Positions 31,863-42,308 of a stretch of DNA of 64,000 bases are shown piece after piece. Made by a program: the position numbers and the translations under genes. The notes below the pieces were generated by a model. The model worked only from the letters and a program-made list of their open reading frames with translations, made no database searches and was not told the DNA's origin. Origin of the DNA: Candidatus Eiseniibacteriota bacterium (GTDB lineage: Bacteria > Eisenbacteria > RBG-16-71-46 > CAVPCR01); assembly GCA_963823555.1 (NCBI GenBank), contig CAWGMA010000001.1:1888001-1952000 (forward strand), given 5' to 3'. How positions within the stretch are numbered: position 1 is the first letter of the stretch; each line of letters starts with the position of its first letter.

Positions 31863-33209
31863 ATGGATGACGCGGCTCTTCTCGTTCACCGCCTGCACTT
31901 CGCCTTCACCATTACCTACCACTACCTCTTCCCGCAGCTGACGATGGGGCTCGCCCTCCTCCTCGTCATCTTGAAGACCCTCGCCCTCCGCACCGGGCAG
32001 GCGGTCTATGACGACAGCGCACGGTTCTGGGGGCGCATCTTCGGCATCAACTTCGCCCTCGGTGTGGTCACCGGAATCCCGATGGAATTCCAGTTCGGAA
32101 CCAACTGGGCGCAGTTCTCGCACAGCGCTGGCGCGGTCATCGGCCAGCTGCTGGCCATGGAGGGGATCTTCTCCTTCTTCCTCGAATCGACCTTCCTCGG
32201 GCTCTTCCTCTTCGGTGAGCGGCGACTGGGCCCGCGCGGACACTGGTGGGCCGCTTTCATGGTGTTCCTAGGAGCCTGGGCTTCCGGCTACTTCATCGTC
32301 GCCGCCGATGCTTGGATGCAGCGCCCCGTGGGGTACACGATCACGCCTGAGGGAATGATCGAGCTCGCGAGCCTGACGGCGCTTCTCTTGAACGAGTGGG
32401 CGCTCTGGCAATACGCGCACACCATGCTGGGGTCGGTGGTCACCGCCAGCTGCGCCATGGCCGCCGTGGGAGCCTTCTACCTGCTATCCCACCGCCTAAC
32501 CGCCCACGGCCGGGTCTTCGTCCGACTCGGTGTCGCCGCCGGGCTCCTTGCCTCCATTCTCCAGGCCTTCCCTACCGGCGATCGCCAGGGCCAGATGGTG
32601 GCCCGCCATCAGCCGGTCACGCTGGCCGCCATGGAGGGTCTGTTCCACACCGAATCCGGAGCTCCTCTCGCCCTCGTCGGCCAGCCCGACATGAGCCGTC
32701 TCGAGCTCGACAATCCGATTCTCGTTCCGCGCATGCTGAGCTTCCTCACCTACCAGCGCTGGCAGGCCGAAGTCGCCGGGCTCACGGACTATCCCGTCGC
32801 GGACTGGCCGGACAACGTGCCGCTCGTCTACTACAGCTATCACATCATGGTCGGGCTCGGAACGCTCTTCATCGCCTTGATGTCGGTTGCTGCGTTCCTC
32901 CTGTGGCGGGGGCGACTGTTCTCTTCCCGCGCCGTCTTGTGGGCTCTCCTGCTGAGCTTGCCCTTCCCCTACATCGCCAACACGGCGGGCTGGATCACGG
33001 CGGAGGTCGGTCGTCAGCCCTGGCTCATCTATGGGCTCATGCGCACGCGAGAAGGCGCTTCGGCGCAGGTTTCAGCTGGAAACGCCTGGTTCACCTTGCT
33101 CGGCTTCCTCGGCCTCTATACGGTGCTCTCGGTGCTCTTCCTGTTCATGATCCGGCGCGAGATCGAGCGCGGCCCGGTGCCCTCCGCCGGCCCCGCCCGG
33201 CCCGCGTAG
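31863..33209 (+). CDS. cydA: Cytochrome bd oxidase subunit I
   Basis: YHYLFP, GVVTGIPMEFQFGTNW, FFLESTF, LAAMEG, AEVGRQPW. Confidence 0.95.
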   Translation: MDDAALLVHRLHFAFTITYHYLFPQLTMGLALLLVILKTLALRTGQAVYDDSARFWGRIFGINFALGVVTGIPMEFQFGTNWAQFSHSAGAVIGQLLAMEGIFSFFLESTFLGLFLFGERRLGPRGHWWAAFMVFLGAWASGYFIVAADAWMQRPVGYTITPEGMIELASLTALLLNEWALWQYAHTMLGSVVTASCAMAAVGAFYLLSHRLTAHGRVFVRLGVAAGLLASILQAFPTGDRQGQMVARHQPVTLAAMEGLFHTESGAPLALVGQPDMSRLELDNPILVPRMLSFLTYQRWQAEVAGLTDYPVADWPDNVPLVYYSYHIMVGLGTLFIALMSVAAFLLWRGRLFSSRAVLWALLLSLPFPYIANTAGWITAEVGRQPWLIYGLMRTREGASAQVSAGNAWFTLLGFLGLYTVLSVLFLFMIRREIERGPVPSAGPARPA

Positions 33210-33219
33210 GAGCAAAGCG

Positions 33220-34260
33220 ATGGAGACAGTCTGGTTCAGCCTCATCGCCTTGATGATCACGCTCTATGTCGTCTTCGACGGCTTCGACCTCGGCACCGGC
33301 ATGGTGCAGCTCATGGTGGCGCGGACAGCGGAGGAACGGCGACTCATCCTCCGCACCATCGGTCCGGTGTGGGACGGCAACGAGGTCTGGCTGCTCGCCG
33401 CGGGAGGCTCGCTCTACTTCGCCTTTCCCCTGCTCTACGCCTCGGGGCTCTCTGGATTCTACCTGCCGATCATGATCGCGCTCTGGTTGCTCATCCTGCG
33501 CGGTATCGCGGTCGAGTTCCGCAACCACCTCGCCGGCCCGATCTGGGCGCCATTCTGGGATGCGGTCTTCGCTCTCGCCAGTGCGCTCCTTGCGCTCACC
33601 TTCGGGGCGGCCCTGGGCAACGTCGTTCGCGGCGTCCCGCTGGATGCCGCTGGCACCTTCTTCGTCCCCCTGTGGACCGATTTCCGCGTCGGTCCCCAGC
33701 CCGGCGCGCTCGACTGGTACACCGGGCTCGTCGCCCTGGCAGCGGCCGCCGCGCTCCTGGTGCATGGCGCCTCCTGGGTGGCCATGAAGGCTCCGCTTGC
33801 CCTGGCCGCGCGGGCCCGAAACCTGGCCTGGCGATCCTGGTGGCTCGTCGCCGTCCTCACCATCGGCGTCACCATCGCCACTTTCAACGTTCAACCGCAG
33901 ATATCGATCAGCCTCGCCGCCACCCCCCTCGGTTTCCTCGGTCCTGCGCTCGCCCTGAGCGGCATCGCCGCCGGCCTCGTCCAGATCCGACGTCGAGCGG
34001 ATGTGCTGGCCTTCCTCGCCTCGACCCTGTACCTGATCGGCATGCTGGGCAGCGTCTTCGTCGGCCTCTATCCAGTCATCCTCCCGGCCAGCGGCGACCC
34101 CACGCTCGCTCTCACGGTTGAAAATGCCGCGGCCGGGGAGCATGGCCTCCGGGTCGCCCTTCGGTGGTGGATTCCGGGCATCCTGCTGGTCGCCTCGTAC
34201 TTCATCCTCACCTATCGCCACTTTTCCGGCCGCGTGAGCCCTGCCGCGGAAGGGCATTGA
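33220..34260 (+). CDS. cydB: Cytochrome bd oxidase subunit II
   Basis: DGFDLG, IGPVWDGNEVWL, LRGIAVEFR. Confidence 0.95.
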   Translation: METVWFSLIALMITLYVVFDGFDLGTGMVQLMVARTAEERRLILRTIGPVWDGNEVWLLAAGGSLYFAFPLLYASGLSGFYLPIMIALWLLILRGIAVEFRNHLAGPIWAPFWDAVFALASALLALTFGAALGNVVRGVPLDAAGTFFVPLWTDFRVGPQPGALDWYTGLVALAAAAALLVHGASWVAMKAPLALAARARNLAWRSWWLVAVLTIGVTIATFNVQPQISISLAATPLGFLGPALALSGIAAGLVQIRRRADVLAFLASTLYLIGMLGSVFVGLYPVILPASGDPTLALTVENAAAGEHGLRVALRWWIPGILLVASYFILTYRHFSGRVSPAAEGH

Positions 34261-34343
34261 TCGGTCCCTCCCCGTCATGTGGCGGCACCGCTGGCCACGA
34301 CGGCTCGTGACACGCCTGCGAGCTGAGCCTACAATGCACCCCC

Positions 34344-36197
34344 ATGGGTGGGATTGTGGGAATCGTCGGAGCGCCGGAACCAGTCGAGGCACGGGTCGTC
34401 CTCGCCATGCGCGATCGCCTTGCTCACCGCGGGCCCGATGATGCGGGAATCGCCTTCTCCCGGGATGGACACACGGCATTCGGCCACCGCCGGCTCGCCA
34501 TCCTCGACCCGAGCCCCGCCGGCCACCAGCCGATGCAGAACCGCGGACGCACGCTTCTTGCCACCTACAACGGCGAGATCTACAACTTCCGGGAGATCGG
34601 CGCCGAGCTCGAGCGAGCCGGATACAGCTTCTTGAGCCGCTCCGACACCGAAGTGCTGCTCGCTGCATTCGAACACTGGGGGCTCGACGCCGTGGAGCGC
34701 CTCCACGGCATGTTCGCCTTCGCGCTGTGGAGCGAGGAAATGCGCGAGTGCATGCTCGTGCGTGACCGCGTCGGCATGAAGCCGCTCTACTACGCGATCG
34801 TCAACGGCGTTCTCTACTTCGCTTCCGAAGCCACCGCCCTGCACGCCGTGCCCGAGATTCCCAAGGACCTCGACCCGGCGGCTCTCGGCGATTACCTGGC
34901 CTACGGCTATGTCCCCGGTTCCCGTTCGATCTGGCGCGGGATCCACAAGCTCCCTCCCGGCCATTTCCTGGTCTTCGCCGACGGCAAGCCGATCATCCGC
35001 CGCTACTGGTCCCCTCCCGCCAGCCCCGACCCGCGCACTCCCGCCGATGCCGCCACGCTGCGCTCGGAGCTCGAGGCCGCCGTCCATCTGGCGATGGTAT
35101 CCGACGTGCCGATCGCGGCGTTCCTCTCCGGCGGCCTCGACTCCTCGACCATCGTGGCGCTGATGCCCGGCGGTGACGAACCGGTGCACTCCTACACCGT
35201 CGATTTTGCTGCCGCCGAGCCCTCCGGGGCGGAGGTCGCGCGCCTCGTGGCCCAGCATTGCGGCACGGATCACCGTGAACGCCGGGTCACGCTCGATCTG
35301 TCACTCGCCGCCCTGACCCGCGTCATCGCCGCCTTTGACGAACCGATCGCCGACGAGTCGATCGTCCCCGCCTTCTTCATCTCCGAGGAAGTGGCGCGAG
35401 ATGTGAAGGTCGTCGTCTCCGGCGATGGCAGCCATGAGATCTTCGCCGGCCATCGCCGGTATCCCAAGCTCGAGCGCATCGAGGGGCTGCGCCAGCGGTT
35501 CGCCCCGCTGGCCGCGCCCCTGGCGGGAATCGCCCGGTGGCTGCCCAGATCCCGGCCCACGCTGGCGCGGGTGGCCCACCGGTTCGATCTCCTGGGCGGC
35601 CCGACGCTCGAGAATTACTTTCGCCAGGTCGGCTACTTCGACGGCGCCTCCCGCGCCGCACTCGTGGCACCGGCTCTCGCTCCCCACATGAGCGATGATG
35701 CGCTCTGGCTCTTCCGCGGCTACTGGCGACCGGAGCTGCCCCTCGTGCGCCGGCTGCAATTCCTCGATTTCAACACCTACCTGGCAGACGACGTCCTGCC
35801 CAAGCTGGATCGCACCAGCATGCGGCACTCGCTGGAGACGCGGGTCCCGCTCCTGGATCACCGTCTCGTCGAACACGCATTCCGACTCCCGCTGGATGCC
35901 ATGTATCGGGCGGGGACCGGCAAGCGACTCCTGCGCGAGGTGTCCCGGGATCTGCTGCCCGAGGCGATCCAAGCCGAGCCGCTGCCGGGATTCAGCGCCC
36001 CCCGCACGCCATGGCGGGAGCGCGGCCTCGGTGCCTTCGAGGCGGAGCGATTGCGGAACGGATTTCTCCTCGGGCACGGCCTGGTCCGGCGGGCGGGGGT
36101 CGAGTCGCTCCTCACGCAACCGGATATCGGCCGCAATTCGAACCGCATCTGGCTCCTGCTGGTCCTCGATCTCTGGCTCGAAGCCCACTTCGGTTGA
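34344..36197 (+). CDS. asnB: Asparagine synthetase B-like amidotransferase lacking the N-terminal catalytic Cys
   Basis: HRGPD, HRRLAILD, YNGEIYNF, SDTEV, SGGLDSS, ETRVPLLDH; begins MGGIVG rather than MCGI. Confidence 0.85.
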   Translation: MGGIVGIVGAPEPVEARVVLAMRDRLAHRGPDDAGIAFSRDGHTAFGHRRLAILDPSPAGHQPMQNRGRTLLATYNGEIYNFREIGAELERAGYSFLSRSDTEVLLAAFEHWGLDAVERLHGMFAFALWSEEMRECMLVRDRVGMKPLYYAIVNGVLYFASEATALHAVPEIPKDLDPAALGDYLAYGYVPGSRSIWRGIHKLPPGHFLVFADGKPIIRRYWSPPASPDPRTPADAATLRSELEAAVHLAMVSDVPIAAFLSGGLDSSTIVALMPGGDEPVHSYTVDFAAAEPSGAEVARLVAQHCGTDHRERRVTLDLSLAALTRVIAAFDEPIADESIVPAFFISEEVARDVKVVVSGDGSHEIFAGHRRYPKLERIEGLRQRFAPLAAPLAGIARWLPRSRPTLARVAHRFDLLGGPTLENYFRQVGYFDGASRAALVAPALAPHMSDDALWLFRGYWRPELPLVRRLQFLDFNTYLADDVLPKLDRTSMRHSLETRVPLLDHRLVEHAFRLPLDAMYRAGTGKRLLREVSRDLLPEAIQAEPLPGFSAPRTPWRERGLGAFEAERLRNGFLLGHGLVRRAGVESLLTQPDIGRNSNRIWLLLVLDLWLEAHFG

Positions 36198-36234
36198 TGC
36201 CGGCCACCGCTGCAGCAGCTGCCTTCTCCGCGGA

Positions 36235-37917
36235 TCAGGCCAGGCTGGCGTAGACCTTCGCCCACCGCTCCTCGACCGCCTCCAGCCGGAACCGATCCAG
36301 CACGGCGGCGCGCGCTCCAGCACCCAGGCGCCGCCGTCTCTCCGCATCCATCAGGAGCTCCTGGATCGCCGCCGCCAGCGGTCCTGGTTCGGCGGGCGGG
36401 ACGAGGACCCCGCTGACCTCGCTCTCGATCACTTCCAGGTTGCCGGGCACGGCGGTGGCGACGATGGCCAAGCCACACGCCATCCCCTCCAGCAACACAA
36501 TCGAGAGTCCCTCGGAACGCGAAGGCTGGACCAAAAGATCGGCCGCCTGGTAGTAGCAGCGGGTGTCGGGGACACGACCCACAAGCGTCATGGATGGGTG
36601 CGTCGGGGAGAGTTGCAGAGAACCACGCCCCACGATGGCGAGGCGTGCCTGGGGGCAGATCGATGCCACCGCTGGCCACGCCTCGCAGAGCACGTCGACT
36701 CCCTTGACAGGCTCCAGGCGACCGACATAGAGCACCAGGAGCTCGCCATCCCGCAGGCCGAGCTCGCGTCGTGCGCCGGCGCGATCGGCGGCGGGAGCGA
36801 AGGTCGCCGTATCGACCCCGGTCGGCACGACCTCGACATTCTCGAGGCCGGCCGCTCGCGCTGCACCGGCCAACGCATCGCTCACGGCAGCCACACGATC
36901 CACGATGCGAAGGGCGAGCAACCGACCTCGGCTCCGGAAGTCGCGGCCATCCGGCACATCCCCTCCGACCAGGAGGGCGACGGCCGGCGGCCCCCCCAGC
37001 CGGCGGGCCAGAGCCGCCACGACGGCTGGAGTCCGCGCCTGGTGAGCGTGCAGGACGTCGAACCGGCCTCGCCTGCGGAGCGTCCAGCCAAGCGCGGCCA
37101 GGAGGAAACCCGGGCCACCGAGAAACCAGGCGCCGACGCGCCTGACGCCCACCGGTCCCATACCGTCGAGTTCCGGCAGACCGCGGCGACGGCGGGTGAG
37201 AACCTCCACCTCGTCGCCGGCCCGCACCTGCAGGCGAGACAATTCCTCCACCTGGCGCTCGGCCCCGCCGATGAGCGGTGCGAAGCTGCTGATGATGTGC
37301 AGCACGCGCCGGCGTGGCGGTCGTTCCGGTGGCAGGCACTCGAGGATGCGGCGCGCACGACGCACCCAGGCGTCGCCGACGTCCTCGGTATCGGGAACCA
37401 CCACGATCTTGTCCTGGTCGAGCCCCTCTCCGACGAGGCGCGCCACCTGATCGCTTCCAGAGAGAACGACCCGTTGGACGAGCGGAGAACGCAAGACCGG
37501 AAGGTGCCACGGCTCCACCCCCCCGCGGAGACGGGAGGGGACCGCCTCGAACACGTGCTTGACGCCGCCGCGGGCGAGCGCGACCGAGGCGTGAGTGTTC
37601 TGACACAGGACCAGTTCCCAGGCGCGCCGGCGTCCCAGGCGGCGCGCCGCGAGACCGAAGAGAATCGAGCCCGCCCTGGTCCCGATGCCCGAGACCGGCA
37701 CGCGGTGAATGTCGAAGCGATGCTCGATGCCATGGAGGTCGAGGGGATCCCCGGACCGGGCTCGCGGCGTTTCGCGGTCGTGGCCCCGGGCGACCATGAG
37801 CGTGACCTCGCTCCCGAGCTCCGCGAAACCGCCGGCCGTGTTCACGACGCGGATGGAATCGGTGGACATCGACGGCACACGCGTGTCGATATCCGCGATG
37901 TAGAGGATCTGCCCCAA
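36235..37917 (-). CDS. Glycosyltransferase family 4 protein with an extra N-terminal partial GT-B module
   Basis: C-terminal part GGAERQ, YVGRLEPVKG, PSRSEGLSIVLLEGMACG; N-terminal part resembles a GT4 acceptor domain; TTG start inferred. Confidence 0.85.
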   Translation of the reverse strand: MGQILYIADIDTRVPSMSTDSIRVVNTAGGFAELGSEVTLMVARGHDRETPRARSGDPLDLHGIEHRFDIHRVPVSGIGTRAGSILFGLAARRLGRRRAWELVLCQNTHASVALARGGVKHVFEAVPSRLRGGVEPWHLPVLRSPLVQRVVLSGSDQVARLVGEGLDQDKIVVVPDTEDVGDAWVRRARRILECLPPERPPRRRVLHIISSFAPLIGGAERQVEELSRLQVRAGDEVEVLTRRRRGLPELDGMGPVGVRRVGAWFLGGPGFLLAALGWTLRRRGRFDVLHAHQARTPAVVAALARRLGGPPAVALLVGGDVPDGRDFRSRGRLLALRIVDRVAAVSDALAGAARAAGLENVEVVPTGVDTATFAPAADRAGARRELGLRDGELLVLYVGRLEPVKGVDVLCEAWPAVASICPQARLAIVGRGSLQLSPTHPSMTLVGRVPDTRCYYQAADLLVQPSRSEGLSIVLLEGMACGLAIVATAVPGNLEVIESEVSGVLVPPAEPGPLAAAIQELLMDAERRRRLGAGARAAVLDRFRLEAVEERWAKVYASLA

Positions 37918-38064
37918 GAAAAGCCCCTTACGATCACGCGTCAACTCACGTGATGACGCGGCGCATGGCTGCTCCGCATCGAACCATGCTGACGAAGCAG
38001 CAAAAGGCCGGCGGATCTTAGTGGAGCCATCAGCACCACGCAACGATCTGCTTCACGCTCGTGA

Positions 38065-39795
38065 TTACATCGAACGGGTTGCCCGCGCCAGCGACGATGC
38101 CAGACCATCGGCGATCCGCGCCAGTCGCGAATAGACGCGATCGAAATCCGCAGCATCACCGAAGGCTGGATCTGGAATCTCTGGAGAGACGATTCGCATC
38201 GGGTCATACCGTGCTGCCAGTGCGACCTTGCCCGCCGCTTGCGGATAGGCAGCCAGCAGGCGATCACGCTGATCCACGGTCATCACGAGGACGAGATTCG
38301 AGCTGGCAACCTGGTTCAGCGTAACCGGCTGCGAACGGTGCGCGGCCAGCTCGACGCCATGGCGCGCGGCCGCTTCACCGGCGAGCGGCGGTGCCGGATG
38401 GCCGAGCGCGGCCTTCAGGCCCCCCGATTCGATGGTGACCCGAGTCCCGGCGCCCACAGCACCGAGCCGGGCCCGTAGCCGATGCTCGAGGTACGGGCTG
38501 CGACAGATGTTGCCATCGCAGAGGACCAGGACACGATGGGCTCGAGTTCGGCGCGGAGCACCGCTGGCAGCGTGCGTTACGACCGCCAGGCCGAGGCGCA
38601 ACACGCCCACGACCTTGGCCGCTGCCCGTGCCCCGAAGATCCTGATCTCGGACACAGCCGGAGCGAGATCATCGCCTCTCTCCACCTCGAGATGCTCGCG
38701 GCCCAGGAGCCCGAGCCAGGCTCCAAGAAACCAGTCGGGGATCAGGCGCCAGAGCCCCCGCCAACCCTGTTCGCGGCGGGCCGCAAGATCGAGCGTGAGG
38801 TGACGCATGCGAAGGCCGACCTGGGGGGTGGATGGTCGCGCCGGCGGGGCGGGAGCGGAGGCATCGCGAGCCAGCTCGACCGCCCTCCGCGGAAGATCAA
38901 CGCCAGCCGCCATTGCCAGCGCCAGGGTCGGGCTCGGGCCGGGGCGCGCATCGGTGAGCACGAAGTCCCCGTTGCGTTCGATGAACTCGAAGGCGATAAG
39001 ACCGGTCGCCGGCCCAATGGGCGACACGAAAGCCCGAGCCCGCGCCACCAGTTCGGGATCGACCGCCATGGTCTCGGAATGGCAAGGCTCCAGGCGGAGC
39101 GCGCCGCGACCGGCGAGCGCCTCGACCTGGCAGGCGAGAACGGGCTCACCATGCGCCCAGAGGAGATCGAGGATGATCGGCCTTCCCTCCTCGGGGATCT
39201 CGGCCACGGCCGGGCCGAGGGTCAGGATCTCGGCGCACGAGCGCAGGAAAGCATGGCAGTCGAAGGCCACCAGGCCCCGCTCACGAGCGCCGCGCCCACC
39301 CTTTCCCCATACCACGCGCCTTGCCGGCCGCACCCGGACCGGAAAGGACATCTCCGCGGCCAGGCGTTGCGCCTGATCGAGATCATCGACGGCCACCCCG
39401 AGCGGCATCCTGATGCCGGTGGCAGCGGCATGGACCAGGATCTCGCGCCGATCGTTCAGCAGCCCGAGCAGCGCCGCGGACGGCATCACCAGGCGCGTGA
39501 GGCCGGCAATCTCGGCGCGCCCGTCAGCCAGAGCAGCCAGAGTCACATCACCGGTAGCGAAGAGGAAAGCGGGACGGCGGCGTTCGAGCTCGGCACGGAC
39601 CGAGGCGGCGAAGACCGCGGGCTGGCCGGAAAGGGGGTCTGGAAGCTGGACCGAAGCCCGGGTGTGGCGCGAGGAGCGAGCCAGCTCGCCCTCACCTACC
39701 GCCAGGGAGACGGCGAATCCCGCCCTCCCCAGCGAACGCACCACCGCCAGCGCAACTCGGTCGGAATCGGCGAGGAGGAGAACCTCCTCAGCCAT
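38065..39795 (-). CDS. Fusion of a degenerate ATP-grasp domain and a low-molecular-weight protein-tyrosine phosphatase
   Basis: N-terminal ALAVVRSLGRAG...FEF...AGVDLP ATP-grasp scaffold; C-terminal VLCDGNICRSP and IPDP. Confidence 0.8.
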   Translation of the reverse strand: MAEEVLLLADSDRVALAVVRSLGRAGFAVSLAVGEGELARSSRHTRASVQLPDPLSGQPAVFAASVRAELERRRPAFLFATGDVTLAALADGRAEIAGLTRLVMPSAALLGLLNDRREILVHAAATGIRMPLGVAVDDLDQAQRLAAEMSFPVRVRPARRVVWGKGGRGARERGLVAFDCHAFLRSCAEILTLGPAVAEIPEEGRPIILDLLWAHGEPVLACQVEALAGRGALRLEPCHSETMAVDPELVARARAFVSPIGPATGLIAFEFIERNGDFVLTDARPGPSPTLALAMAAGVDLPRRAVELARDASAPAPPARPSTPQVGLRMRHLTLDLAARREQGWRGLWRLIPDWFLGAWLGLLGREHLEVERGDDLAPAVSEIRIFGARAAAKVVGVLRLGLAVVTHAASGAPRRTRAHRVLVLCDGNICRSPYLEHRLRARLGAVGAGTRVTIESGGLKAALGHPAPPLAGEAAARHGVELAAHRSQPVTLNQVASSNLVLVMTVDQRDRLLAAYPQAAGKVALAARYDPMRIVSPEIPDPAFGDAADFDRVYSRLARIADGLASSLARATRSM

Positions 39796-41197
39796 GATCG
39801 GCGGCAGAGCCGGAGAAGGCCATGGCCGGTGCTGCCAAGAGCACCCACAACATCACGACCTCCTGATCCCAGAAGTAGGTCTGGAACAGCCCGGCAACCA
39901 GGTACGCGGCAGCCGCGGCCAGGGCGATGAGGAGGAGGTCGCGGCGCGCCACGCGAGCCATCCGACCACGATCGACGGAGTCCACCGCGGCACGCCGCCC
40001 CGCAGCCAGCGCGCGGGCAGCGAGCGCGAGCGATCCGGCCACGATCACGAGATAGCCGGCGAGCCCGAGCGGCCCGCCGTCGAGCAGTGCCCGCATCGGA
40101 TCGGAGTGAGCATGCATGGTCGCCAGGTAGCGCCCGGGAACCTTGTACGCGGGAAACAGCTCTTCGAACCGTCCCGGGGCGATCCCGAGGGGATGATCGG
40201 CCAGCATGCGCACGGATGTCGCAAGCAAGAGCCACCTCGGCGGCGGTTCATGCAGATGGATGCCTTCCCGGATCCGGGCCCTGACGCTCGGATCCGCCAC
40301 GAGCAGAAGCGCAAAGGCAACCACACCCACCAGGACGAGCAGGAGTGGCCGCCGGCCGCGCCGGGCTGCGGCCAGAGCGAGGAGCCCGGTGAGGGCACCG
40401 ACCCATGAGCTTCGCGCGTAACACCAGAGGAGACCGAAGGCGATCGGCACGGCGAGCGCGAAGGGGAGACCTCGCCAGCGTTCTCCGCCCGCAGCGAGGC
40501 CGGCAGCGGCGATCAGGGCGAGCATCGTCGATCCGCCGTACGCCAGATGATGGGAGAACATTCCGGTCGCAATGAAGTGCTCGCCGCGCGCTTCCAGCAC
40601 ACGGTCGCGCAGGAGGTCGACACCGGTGAAGTGCTGCCAGACCGCATAGCAAGCGACGAGGGCCGCCATGGCCACGGCGAGCCCGATCGCGCGCCGGTAG
40701 AGGACCGGATCCCGCCGCGCTGTCACGGCGAGTATCGGCAGAGCCAGCAGGACTCCGTGCTTCCTGAGTGGGTCGCCGAGGTGGGAGAAGGCGCCATTGA
40801 CGAGACACGCCAGCCACTCCCCGGCGAAGACCAGGGCGATTCCCACCAGGAGCCAGCGTGGATACGGCCGCCTCTCACCGTCCCCCCGCTGGGTGATGAG
40901 AAGAAGCAACGCTGCCAGGGCGAGGAGGCTTTGACCGGCGGCCAGGGACAGGGGCAACACCGCTGCGCAGGCCAGGAAGGCCACCTCGGCCAGCGTGGCG
41001 ACGACATGGCGATCAGGATGGACCGGTTCGTCCCCGTGCGGCCGATCATGGCCGCGGGCCTCCCCGTTCTCGGGGGCGATGAGCCGCGTCGCCGCCGAGG
41101 GAATGCCGGCCGCTGCCCCGTGCGACCCGGGAGGGTCGGCCGGGACGTCCCCCTCACGCCGGGGCCCCGGAGGATCGGAGTCGATCGTGGACACCAC
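39788..41197 (-). CDS. O-antigen ligase / Wzy-C family membrane protein
   Basis: Many TMs; ARSSWVG, DHPLGIAPG, HAHSD periplasmic motifs. Confidence 0.8.
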   Translation of the reverse strand: MVSTIDSDPPGPRREGDVPADPPGSHGAAAGIPSAATRLIAPENGEARGHDRPHGDEPVHPDRHVVATLAEVAFLACAAVLPLSLAAGQSLLALAALLLLITQRGDGERRPYPRWLLVGIALVFAGEWLACLVNGAFSHLGDPLRKHGVLLALPILAVTARRDPVLYRRAIGLAVAMAALVACYAVWQHFTGVDLLRDRVLEARGEHFIATGMFSHHLAYGGSTMLALIAAAGLAAGGERWRGLPFALAVPIAFGLLWCYARSSWVGALTGLLALAAARRGRRPLLLVLVGVVAFALLLVADPSVRARIREGIHLHEPPPRWLLLATSVRMLADHPLGIAPGRFEELFPAYKVPGRYLATMHAHSDPMRALLDGGPLGLAGYLVIVAGSLALAARALAAGRRAAVDSVDRGRMARVARRDLLLIALAAAAAYLVAGLFQTYFWDQEVVMLWVLLAAPAMAFSGSAADHG

Positions 41198-41205
41198 CCT
41201 TCTTT

Positions 41206-42108
41206 CTAAGTGTGCTGCCCGCCGTCCTCGCGGCGTGGCAGGGCCTCCAGATCATCCGGGACGTTCGAGGCAACCGGTGCCTCGGACACGCCTCCGGCCC
41301 ACTCCCCTTCCCCGGCGGACGACTCGAGATGGATGAGTTTGGGGTCGACCTCGCTGAGCTTTCCGAGCTGTAGCAGGGCCGCGCGCGCCGCCTCCTGCTC
41401 TGCCTGCTTCTTGTTCGAGCCCCGTCCGTCGCCGAAGGTCTTGCCATGGACGGTCACCTCCACGGTGAACATCTTCTCATGGTCAGGACCTTCCTCGGAG
41501 GAGGTGCGATACCGCGGGTGCGTCTTGTACTCGGCTTGCACCAGCTCCTGCAGGATGTTCTTGTAGTTGGTGTGAGCCCGGTCGGCGAGGATCGCCTCGG
41601 CGCCCGACAGCAGATTCGATCGAACGAACTCGCGGGCTGCCTCGAAGCCACAATCGAGATAGAGAGCGCCGAGCACCGCCTCAAAGGAATCGGCCAGGAT
41701 CGAGGCCCGGCGGCGGCCGCCGGCGTCATCCTCGGCATCGGAGAGCAAGACGAAGTCTCCGAGATCCATCGCCCGCGCCAGACGTGCCAGCACGCTGCGC
41801 GAGACGAGGAGCGACTTCATCTTGGTGAGATCGCCCTCGCGCTTGCCGGGATAGCTCTTGTAGAGATGCTCATTCACGATGAGCTCGAGCACCGAGTCAC
41901 CGAGAAACTCGAGACGCTCGTTGGACAGCTCGACATTGTCGCCGTTGCCCTGGAGGTAGGAGCGATGGGTCAGTGCCTTGCGCAGGAGGCCCTGGTTCGC
42001 GAAGCGAACACCGAGCTTGGACTGGAATGCAGCGAGCCTGGCCGTCTCGTCCTTGCGGACGGCGGGTTTCAGTCCCAAGAGAGCCGCCACGAACGCTCGC
42101 AGTCCCAT
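41206..42108 (-). CDS. rnc: Ribonuclease III
   Basis: ALTHRSY, NERLEFLGDSVL, dsRBD GPDHEKMF...KKQAEQEAA. Confidence 0.96.
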   Translation of the reverse strand: MGLRAFVAALLGLKPAVRKDETARLAAFQSKLGVRFANQGLLRKALTHRSYLQGNGDNVELSNERLEFLGDSVLELIVNEHLYKSYPGKREGDLTKMKSLLVSRSVLARLARAMDLGDFVLLSDAEDDAGGRRRASILADSFEAVLGALYLDCGFEAAREFVRSNLLSGAEAILADRAHTNYKNILQELVQAEYKTHPRYRTSSEEGPDHEKMFTVEVTVHGKTFGDGRGSNKKQAEQEAARAALLQLGKLSEVDPKLIHLESSAGEGEWAGGVSEAPVASNVPDDLEALPRREDGGQHT

Positions 42109-42308
42109 GGCTGCTTGCCTACCTCGTTGCCGTGTCTTCAGAGCCGGACTGCCGGCTCGCTTTGCCGGCTCCCCCTGGATGCGGGCTCGTGAGCGCACCC
42201 AGCTTCCTCTCTACCATACTAGATCGACTCACGCCGTGGGACCCTTGACCTGGGATCAGCACCTGAACCCCCGAATCCCATGGCCCGGACGGGCCTCCGC
42301 TCGCCGCT

